A DNA stretch of 64,000 bases from the NCBI RefSeq assembly GCF_964213995.1, contig NC_135818.1, forward strand, positions 68,262,001-68,326,000. Direction: 5' to 3'. Position 1 is the first letter of the stretch. Every line of letters starts with the position of its first letter. Positions 13,099 through 23,120 of this stretch are shown in pieces. The stretch comes from Mustelus asterias. Its lineage: Eukaryota. Position numbers and translations under genes: made by a program. The notes beneath the pieces are model-generated. The model saw only the letters and a program-made list of their open reading frames with translations. It was not told the origin of the DNA and did no database searches.

Positions 13099-13394
13099 TA
13101 AAGTTTATTTATTAGTCACAAGTCGGCTTACATTAACACTGCAATGAAGTTACTGTGAAAATCTCCTAGTCGTCACACTCTGGCGCCTTTTTGGGTACAC
13201 TGAGGGAGAATTTAGCATGGCCAATCCACTTAACCAGCACATCTTTTGGACTGTGGGAGGAAACTGGAGAACCCGGAAGAAACCCATGCAGACACGGGGA
13301 AAATGTGCAAACTCCACACAGACAGTGACTCAAGCCAGGAATTGAACCCGGGTCCCTGGTGCTGTGAGGTAGCAGTGCTAACCACCGTGCCACC
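13099..13394 (-). mobile_element. V-SINE, alternative-tail subfamily
   Basis: Reverse complement of the 5468-5738 family. Confidence 0.88.
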
Positions 13395-16196
13395 AGTTGT
13401 GGACAAAAACTTGGGAAACAATATCTATACAGAATAAGGCCATCACAAAATCCAAAAAGTGTGAGCGCACCACTAGATATTAATCAATAAAACATTAACA
13501 TGTTTGGGTTAAGAATGTCTAGTGAACCACTGGATTTGATAACTGTGGATGATTCATAGAAAGCTTCCATAGGCATATTTGAACAAAGTGCAGAAAGATT
13601 AGAAAAGATATAACCTGCAAAGCCAAATGATCAAAGCATTCAGTATTTATCTGTAATCATAATCACAAGAAACATAGTTGCAGTTAGTTGTCTGCTTAAT
13701 GTATTGAATTCCTAACCTACTGATGAAATTAAACATTATGGAAGGATTTACGATCTCCAAAATTATTTTTTTATTCTTTAAAAAAATTGGTGAGAGAAAT
13801 GTTGTTCAAACATTCCCATCCTAATTGACTTTTTCTTTGGCTTAAATGCTCAAAATAATTAGCCGGTTTGCTGTCAATGAGCATTTAAAAAAAATCTGTA
13901 TTTCCTGTTACCTTATTTCATTCAGACTTGCACTGCAAAATTGGAATCTAGACAGTGGCCGCACACGCCTAAAGACCGGAAATTCCCGTCGGAGGTCAAC
14001 GGACCTTTCAATGGTCTGCCAAATTTTCTTTCCCGCCCACTACAATTCACACAGTGGGAAATTTCTGGTCATTATCTCCACAAGACAGAATTGGGCATTT
14101 AACCAGCAAAAACATGCACACATGCCAGATGTGCTTATCACATCATTACGTCGCTTCACTTCCTGACACTCGTGTCAAATAAAACACACGCGCTAAGCTC
14201 CAAAAATGCAATTTTATTTGATACACAGCAACATGGATACTATTTTAGAGACCAACACATCTTATCTCCAGTGTGCACACGCAAAAAGCATTGCAAAGCA
14301 CAATTAATCATACTTTACGTCATAAACCTTCTTGACAAAGTGAAACAATTGTTTCTTCCAACATTCTTTACAATCTTAATTTTGTTTTTCAATGAAGCAG
14401 AGTTAAAATTGCAATATTTCTTTCTTCAGGCAACTTTTATTACATAGAATTTAAAATCCAAGCTTCAGAAATACAACCAACATAAAAGTATTGCAACTGT
14501 TTCAGGAAACACTTGAAACATTGCCGCATCTTTTAAAAATATAAAATAGCCAGAGAATTTTAGTAGTTGCAAGTTATGCTATAGTTTGGTTGCAACACTA
14601 TTAAAAACACACAAAGTTGCAAAAAGAGGCAAGTTCCGGTTTTCATTTTCGACTCAATGCTTTCCTCTCAAAAGCATCGACTACAACTGAGGTAAAGTTC
14701 TACAGGCTTAGTAGTCTCCCTCTTGCTCCATATACAAGCTATTGTTCCCATAGGCCTCAACACTTGACCAGCAACAGGTTGTTCCTCATCAGAGGCCAAG
14801 GAGGACTTGAGTGATTTCCCCATGTTACACTAGGTACTACGAGGTCAGTCATTCTACCTGTTGTCAAACCAACTGAGATCAGGTAACTCTTTCCAGTCTA
14901 TGGATTGGATCTGGCTAAGACATTCTTTTACAGAATTTTCCATGACAAATTTGTGTCTCTTGCTAGAAGTGAAAATACTAAACTTCCTGGTGAGTCAACA
15001 GTTAAAGGTAGTGCATGATCTAGCACTTTGCCACAAAGAAGATGATTTTATGTTCCATTTCTGGCCTTTGCCATCCTAATTGAGATGAATCAACTGATCA
15101 ATGTGCCTGCTGCAGTTAGCCTCAGTGTCCCCAGGCTAGGTGATAGAAGAGAGAAGGAAAAGGTGAAGAAAATAAGCCTCATCCTGACCACTTTCACAGG
15201 CTTCTGCTCAAAGATGTGCGATTCCTTCTATGCAGATAATGCAGCTCAGCCATGATTCTACTGTACCACCCTGTTCTCCACATCACACCGCCCCGTCCCA
15301 GCCCATATTGACATGCACTGTTTAGACCAGTGTGTGAAGAATACCACTTGCACCATAGTGCAGGAAGGCTGCTGGTTCCTTCAAAACTGTGCTCCAGGTT
15401 ATGTCAAAATGTTTGGGCAAAGGCAGACTAACAAGGGAATGCAATAAAATGCAGAAATTCTTTCTCAAATTCGCGTTAATTTAAAAAAATGCATTTTACA
15501 ATTTAAAATCATGTTCTTGGAATATGGGCAACAAAGGTAAAGAAACATTTTTGGGCTGAGGACATTAAGAGTCCAGCATTGGAAGTAGGTTCTCTTCCCC
15601 ATTGGTCATTAGAGAACCAGTTGAATTTTAATGAAAATCTAGCAATTTTCATGGTCAATTTTTCCTGGTCAAAGCCCACTTATTATTGGAATCTGCCACA
15701 TCAGGATTGAACCCCCCATTTCTCACTCCAGTACTGTGACCACCAGGCTACAGTAGCTACAGCATTATTCAGAAGGCCTAAATTTGAGGGATGGACAAAT
15801 AACCACTCTCATCTGCCAGAGGTTAAGACTTTTAAAGCATGCAGAAGAAAGGATAAAAGATTGCAACAGGTTACACTGTTTTATCTTGGTCCATACAAAC
15901 ACATGAACTTCATACAGACATTAACATGTAGTGTAAGCAATGAAAGGTCTCAATAAACAGCAATTTTAACTGTGTTTATATTATACAATCAGGAATACAG
16001 CATACAATCAGTAAAATGCACACAGCTAGCATCTACTCTGTTACATTTCCCAGTGAAAATCTCGATATGAAACCACATCTTTTTTTAAACGACAGAGTTG
16101 ACCTCACATTCAAGTGCAGTTTTCTCTATTTCACCCAACTCCATTTTATACATTTATGTTCCCTGGTATGATCTTCTCAAAAGTGAAGTTAACAGG

Positions 16197-16216
16197 TTAA
16201 ATTGCAGATTCAAAGC
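16197..16216 (-). CDS. ATXN3: Ataxin-3 terminal exon candidate (GFESAI-stop) followed by 3' UTR
   Basis: TTCTATTTTCAG acceptor, phase-compatible with exon 10. Acceptor, frame and TAA are retained in the duplicated copy at 8569-8588. Very short, with no homology support. Confidence 0.55.
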
Positions 16217-17479
16217 CTGAAAATAGAATCTGCATGGTTTTGTACTACACATTAAAACAGAATAAGAATTGTGTGTTAGAACAATTGAACAGCATTTAAA
16301 TACCAAGACCAGGTCAACATCCAAAGCAAAAACAGCTCTGCAAACTTTCAAGCATCAAACAAACCCCACAAAGCTCAAGTGCTTGTTGCATACCATCCCC
16401 CTTGACATGTCCAGAGTTTAAAATGTACCTGATTCTGACATAGGCAACAGTTAAGGGATTTATACAAGTATATTTTCAAAAAGTAAACACATCAACATTT
16501 GTTTTCTTAGATCCCATCATTGGTTGTACAATTAGATCAGAAAATGCCAAAAACTCAAGATTTTTAATGGGTGCAAAAATCTTTCAACTCTCTCCCGTAA
16601 TTTACTCAACCATGTTGTGTACGAAGAGGACTTTTCATGAGATAAGGTGCGACAATTGAAGACCACAAACTGAAAATCTTGTAGATTTATACCACAAATG
16701 ATCCCATAAGTCAACCACAATGCTCTTTGCATCAAGAGTGAACATAATCTTTGCTCTCTCTGAAAACATGTATATTTGTCTTTGTGGTTGAGGTACAAGG
16801 GGAATGTAGTACAAGTATATCAGTAATGGGAATACTGTAGATTCATTTTCGTATTAACTTCCTTTCCCCTTTGAATTATCATTGGCACCAGCTTCTAGCG
16901 AATTCAACACATCTGCTTGAGGCAGTTCTTGTTCAGTCACACTAGCTATTAATAAAGGAAAAAAAAATGCGGTTTTAAGTATCACAACTTTTATAAGTCA
17001 ATGAAGGAAGGGTGCCCTCATCTATACCTTGAAAAACCTGATTTTTTAGCTTCATTTTTAGCTTTCCTACGCTACTTGGTGCAGAGGCTGAACGAGGAAA
17101 GCAGTGAAGATATCAGAGAAACTTGGGCGGGCAGTAAAGAGAGTGAGGATTTTGAAAAGGAGAGGAGTGGAACAAGATGAGATGCTCAAAAGGAGAAGAA
17201 AGTGCCAAGGGAGTAAGGGAACAGACCAACATGTAATTTGCCACCACAATGATCTGGGCATAACAAATGGGCATTGTCCAAGTACCAGTTTCTCTCAGGG
17301 ATGTTTCTGTGCTGAGCAATTACTTATCCTTGATGATTTCCAATTCTGTCTCAATTCATCATACAGTATCTCCTTAGAATTCATCACCTGCAAGGTGAAT
17401 TTGCCAACCTGTATTCATGGCTGCCACCTTGACCCTGCCATCTCATGTGGCCTCAACTCTATCATTTTAACCACTGATA

Positions 17480-18775
17480 AGGCCATATTGATCACCCCCT
17501 TGTGCTCCCCAAACACATCCTCATTCCACCTCTGAAACCCACTTCCTTCTGCAACCGTCTCTGGAATAAACATGTCACTTACAGCTGGGCCTCCAGAAAG
17601 TTTCATTCTGCACTGGACTGGACTTCCAAAGTCCCAACCATCGAACCTTGGCCCTCCATTTACTACGACACTTCTTGCTCAGTCACAGGTCGGCCTAGCC
17701 GCACCCTCATCTCTACCTTCGATAACCTAGTTCTAATTAAAACCGTTACTCTCTCTCACCATGGCCAATTCACCTGGCGTGGCCCTCTTCTCTGTTAGCG
17801 TAAGTACAAGGGCATAGCCTTGAAAAGATATGGCATACAAGTGGTTTAACCATTCATGACCAGATCTGGCTGCACCACATAAAACACTATCAAGCCCTGC
17901 TCTTGTCTGCCAAACAGCCGGTTATTTCAGAATTAACCTAAAATGCAAAGAGAGCCCCAGTTTCTTTCCTCTACTGCGAACATCTTCTGAAAGACCTTTC
18001 TCATCGCCTCCACCCTCACCCAAACAAACACAAAGCACTTGTGGACTTCTTTGTCACTAAGACTGAGACTAACTGATTAGGTACCTTAGCCACCTTTTCA
18101 TTAGCCCACCTGGCCAAACTTCTTCTAAGATTCAATCCTGTCATAACTCTGAGCTTTCAACTTCCTCCCCATCTCCCCTCATGCCCTCTCTGAGCTCAGG
18201 TTGTCCATGAGAACCACATCCTTTTCTCTTGTTAGCTAATATTGTTAACAGTTCATTCTCTTCAGGTACTATCTCCTTCTTCTTCAGTACAGAGAGAGCA
18301 GGATGTCTTGGTACATGGTCCTATACAGCTTCAGTAAGACATCCTTGCTCCTGTACTCGAGTCCTCTTGCAGTGAAGGCCAACATACAATTTGCCTTCCT
18401 AACGGCTTGCTGCACTGGTTTTCAGTGACTAGTGTAATACGACACCCAGGTCCCTTTGTACAACAACATTTCCCAATCCATCGCTATTTAAATAATACTT
18501 TGCCATTCTGTTCTTCCTACTGACATGGATAACTTCACGCTTATCCATGTTATACTGCATCTGCTGTATAATTACCCACTCACTCAACTTATCTAAATCA
18601 TCTTAAAGCTTTTTTAGATCCTCCTCACCACTCACATTCCCACCTTGTTTTGTGTCTTCAGCAAACTTGGAAACTTGCATTAGACTCTGACATTCAAATC
18701 ATTGATATGTATTGCGAATAGCTGGGGTCCAAGCATTCAACCCTGCGGTACCCCACTAGTTGCTACCTGCCACAT
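17480..18775. mobile_element. Decayed LINE remnants (L2-like on plus, then CR1 on minus from about 18290)
   Basis: Reverse-complement CR1 RT signature (GGGGTACCGCAGGG..GCTTGGACCCCAGCT); absent from the distal duplicate. Confidence 0.6.
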
Positions 18776-19038
18776 TTGCCATTAAACCTACCTGTGACCA
18801 AGTGTTTGGTCCTCCCTTTTAATATCTTGTGGTCCGATGCCAAATTTTAATTTATTCTTCTGTCATGCGTCTTGGGACCCTCTTATGTTAAACACAAGTT
18901 ATCACTTGTGATATTAGTAGGATATGGTCCATACTAATCACTTATCAACTCCAATTGGTGCCTCACAACAAAACCAAAATTAAAAACCTACATCTTGGCT
19001 CCTCAGGAATTCTTGAATCTAAGTTTTGTCTGCAGGAC

Positions 19039-19044
19039 TTTATT
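19039..19044 (-). terminator. Candidate polyadenylation signal for an ATXN3 exon-10 read-through isoform
   Basis: AATAAA overlaps the in-frame TAA at 19043-19045 and is also kept in the duplicate at about 10038-10043. Confidence 0.45.
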
Positions 19045-19137
19045 AAAAAGGATTACAAGCTTTACAGCATATAACGAAATGTATGTATTTTACATCGTAT
19101 TGCTTATTCAGTAGGATTAAAATATCAGGAAACATAC

Positions 19138-19211
19138 CCAAATTTGGCTTCGGTGTTGCAGAGTTTTGTTTTTCTGGATGATCCGAAATTTCTGATTGTA
19201 CACGTTGCTTT
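19138..19211 (-). CDS. ATXN3: Ataxin-3 exon 10 candidate (KQRVQSEISDHPEKQNSATPKPNL), position of the mammalian polyQ exon
   Basis: TTTTGTTCCAAGCAG acceptor and G|GTATGT donor; 74 nt with phase 2 in and phase 1 out, as for vertebrate exon 10; open frame. Peptide similarity is weak. Confidence 0.75.
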
Positions 19212-19345
19212 CTGCTTGGAACAAAATATATACATTGTATAATAAGCCTAGCAGTACTTGCACGTCCTATATATAGCCAGGCATTCTCTACTGGGTTAAA
19301 TTACCTGTGAACAGTATTGATTATTGTTTTAACATGTGAGAAGTG

Positions 19346-19392
19346 ATATATACATACAAAATATATATATTATATATATATATGATATATAT
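19346..19392. repeat. Imperfect (TA)n microsatellite
   Basis: Directly visible. Confidence 0.8.
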
Positions 19393-19844
19393 TTAAAAAA
19401 GCACTAAACAAAGTTTTAAATAATTTTAATTCTTAAGGAGTGTCATGATTTATTTGAAGATATTTATCTTTTAACATCTGAACTTGACAAATGTAGGATT
19501 TTGGGGGAGATTTGATACTGGAATGTGTTTACTCCTTTTGCATAGGGTTTTTCGTCGACTGGATGCACTAGATTATCAAATTATTTATGGGGCCTGGATT
19601 CTATTCAAGTCAAATGACCAATCTGTTGATTTAGATTTTAATGGTATGAAGGGATATGGGGAGGAAGCGGGAATAGGGCATTGAGTTAGGGGATCAGCCG
19701 TGATCACATTGAAAGGTGGAGCAGGCTCAAAGGCCTACTCCTAGTTTCTCTGTTTGCCCGTCAGGACCAGTTCCTCACGGATGTGGGTTAACAGCACAAA
19801 AACACTCCTAAATTGGCATTCACTGGAAACTTTCATAGATGTTT

Positions 19845-20995
19845 TGACGCCTTTGACAAGGTCCCGCATGGGAGGTTAGTTAGGAAGGTTCAGTCGCTAG
19901 GTATACATGGAGAGGTAGTAAATTGGATTAGACATTGGCTCAATGGAAGAAGCCAGAGAGTGGTAGTGGAGGATTGCTTCTCTGAGTGGAAGCCTGTGAC
20001 TAGTGGTGTGCCGCAGGGATCAGTGCTGGGTCCATTGTTGTTTGTCATCTATATCAATGATCTGGATGATAATGTGGTAAATTGGATCAGCAAATTTGCT
20101 GATGATACAAAGATTGGAGGTGTAGTGGACAGTGAGGAAGGTTTTCAAAGCTTGCAGAGGGAGTTGGACCAGCTAGAAAAATGGGCTGAAAAATGGCAGA
20201 TGGAGTTTAATGCAGACAAGTGTGAGATATTGCACTTTGGAAGGACAAACAAAAGTAGAACATACAAGGTAAATGGTAGGACACTGAAGAGTGCAGTAGA
20301 ACAGAGGGATCTGGGAATACAGATACATAATTCCCTAAAAGTGGTGTCACAGGTAGATAGGGTCGTAAAGAGTGCTTTTGGTACATTGGCCTTTATAAAT
20401 CAAAGTATTGAGTATAAGAGTTGGAATGTTATGGTGAGGTTGTATAAGACATTGGTGAGGCAGAATTTAGAGTATTGCGTGCAGTTTTGGTCACCTAATT
20501 ACAGGAAAGATATTAATAAGGTTGAAAGAGTGCAAAGAAGGTTTACAAGGATGTTGCCGGGACTTGAGAAACTGAGTTTGAATAGGTTAGGACTTTATTC
20601 CCTGGAACGTAGAAGAATGAGGGGAGATTTGACAGAGGTGTATAAAATTATGATGGGTATAGATAGAGTGAACGCAAGCAGGCTTTTTCCACTGAGGCTA
20701 GGGGAGAAAAAAACTAGAGGACATGGGTGAAGGGGAAAAAGTTTAAAGGGAATATTAGGAGGGGCTTCTTCACACAGAGAGTGGTGGGAGTGTGGAATGA
20801 GCTGCCAGGTGAAGTGGTGAATGCGGGTTCACTTTTAACATTTAAGAAAAACTTGGACAGGTACATGGATGAGAGGGGTGTGGAGGCATATGGTCCAGGT
20901 GCAGGTCAGTGGGACTAGGCAGAAAAATGGTTCGGCACAGCCAGGAAGGGCCAAAAGGCCTGTTTCTGAGCTGTAATGTTCTATGGTTCTATGTC
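19845..20995 (+). mobile_element. CR1 LINE RT region, 5'-truncated, relatively young
   Basis: 305-aa ORF with GVPQGSVLGP and KFADD motifs. Confidence 0.96.
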
Positions 20996-21009
20996 ACTTC
21001 TTTTTGTTA

Positions 21010-21790
21010 CATTTGTTCATGGGATGTGAACATTGCTGGCAAGGCCAGCAAAAGTGGCCTCTCTCTGATTCCCCTCTCAGGTGGTGGTAAGTTGCCTTCT
21101 TTCACCAGTATAGCCCATCTTGTGCATGTGTCCACAGTGCAGTTTAGGAGGGAGTCCCTGGATTTTAATTCTGCAAGTGAAGAAGTGGTGATATATTTCC
21201 AAGTTGGGATGATGCATGGCACAGAGGGGAACCTGCAGGCTGGCATGTTCCCATGCATCTGCTGCCCTTGTCCTTCGAGGTGATGGAGGTTATGGGTTTG
21301 GATGGTACTGTCAAAATAGTCTTAGTGAGTTACTGCAGTGCATTTCGCAGATGATACACAACAGCCACTTTGCACCAAAGATGGAGGGAGTGAAGATCTA
21401 AGTTTGTGGATAGCCAAAGCCAACTGCTTTGTGCTGGATGGTGTTGAGCTTCTCAAGTGCAGTTGGGGTTGCACTCATCCAGGCAAGTAGACAGAATTTC
21501 ATCACACTCCTTGTAAATGGTGGACAACTTTGGGGCGTCTCACCACAGTATTCGCGACATCTAATCTGTTCTTGTAGTCACAATATTTTTATCACTCATC
21601 CAGCAAATTTTCTGGTCAATGGTAACGTCCAGGATGTTAATAGTGGGGGATTCAGTGATACTAACGCAGTTGAACAAGAGGAGATGGTGAGATTCTCCCC
21701 TGTTGGAGATATTATTGCCCAACACTTGTGACACAAATGTTACCTGCCACATATCAGCCCTAGGCTGAATATTGTCCAGGTCTTGCTGCA
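21010..21790 (-). mobile_element. Decayed LINE 3' part (non-HER1 family)
   Basis: QQDLDNIQ..ADMWQVTF RT-like remnant; tail shared with 6100-6170, 25000-25100, 26965-27005 and 54635-54990. Confidence 0.7.
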
Positions 21791-22987
21791 TGTGAGAAGG
21801 AATAAATGGATAAAAAGATTTAGGGATGCAAGTGTCAATAAAGCAGATTGACAAGTGCAAATGTGAAGCAAAGGACCAGGAGGATTCCAGGCCTCATCAC
21901 AAAACATTTCAAAGTCATGAGATATTATTTCATTGACTTGCCTTCATATGGAATAATGTGGCCAGCTTTTGGCATCTAATCTAGTAATAAACTGACCTTG
22001 AAAGGAACCCAGTAATAATTCACAGGATGATACCTGGGGTGAAAGGACTTAACAATCAGAGACTAGATAATGAATAATATTCTTTGGCAAGTTAAAGGGT
22101 TATCTATTGAAGAATTTAAAATATTAAAAGGGCATGAGATCTTTAAATTCAAACTAAGCTGACGAAAAGCAAATCCAGGAAACATTTCTTCACACAGAAG
22201 AACTGTGTGACTGTGAAAACAAAAAATAAACCACAGATGTAGAATCAATTAAGGATTGAAAATGAATGTAGATAATTAATTTGGAAGGTGATGTATTAAG
22301 GAACATGGAGGGCAGGGAATTGGAAATGGAATAGCAGTGTTATCACAGCTAACAAAGGAGTCAGAACAGGCACAATGGCCTAATCTTGATCGTATGTAAT
22401 TTCACGCAGATGGCTGGAAGAAACTGAACACCATTCAAACTTGTAAAATTATGCCAAAAGCAAAATACTGCAGATGCTGGAAATCTGCAAAAAAAATAGA
22501 AAAGGTTGCTGATACTCAGCAGGTCAGGTGGCAGCTGTGAAAAACAAATTCCACAGCTATTGTCTGACCTGCCGAGTATTTCCAGTAATTTCTCTTATCT
22601 GTAAAAGTACTGTCTATTCTTTTGAGACGAGGGTTCAGAAATGGCTGAGACCAGAGTAGGGAGAAAAGGAGCAAGCAAGCTACTTTCCACTGCAGCTGAT
22701 GGTATATGTCCAGTTGTCAAGTGCTCAATGCTGGCACTGATGTCTCAAATAGAATTCCCAGTTCTCACTTCAACATTTCTTGTTTTAATGTGCACAAAAG
22801 ATAATTGAAATAAATACATCTGTAAAGTCAATATTAAACAAGAATAAAAAAAAGCTTCAGAAAAACTGACGTGTTAATACTGTTAAAGGTGTAAAGAAAT
22901 TAGGTTCTCAAAGAGGCAAAGTCACACACTTTCTATCATGGGCATTAAACCAAGTTTTGGAGTGGTACAAATCAACGGTCTGCTTGC

Positions 22988-23120
22988 CTTTCAAAGTACG
23001 CTTGTCTGTGTCTTCGTAGTTCCTCTGCTGAAGGAGTTTCGGTATGAATTGTTCTTGAAGATTGTGCAACAGCATTCTGAGATGAAGTCACCTCTGAATT
23101 TTCTGGCCCTTGCCCAAAAC
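22988..23120 (-). CDS. ATXN3: Ataxin-3 exon 9 (GFGQGPENSEVTSSQNAVAQSSRTIHTETPSAEELRRHRQAYFER; VCP-binding motif)
   Basis: 133 nt, in phase with exon 8. EELRRHRQAYFE matches vertebrate EELRKRREAYFE. Ends at a GC donor (AAG|GCAAGC). Confidence 0.9.

Larger units (their letters stand above)
13500..19230. repeat. Diverged tandem segmental duplication, proximal copy containing the ATXN3 3' end
   Basis: For example tctagtgaaccactggatttgat (13518) vs tctagtgaaccattggatttgat (2974), and atctccagtgtgcaca at about 14265 and 4457. Confidence 0.85.

Noticed and set aside
19813-20730. Longest ORF (305 aa) as a host gene
   Set aside because: It is a 5'-truncated CR1 reverse transcriptase fragment inside ATXN3 intron 9.
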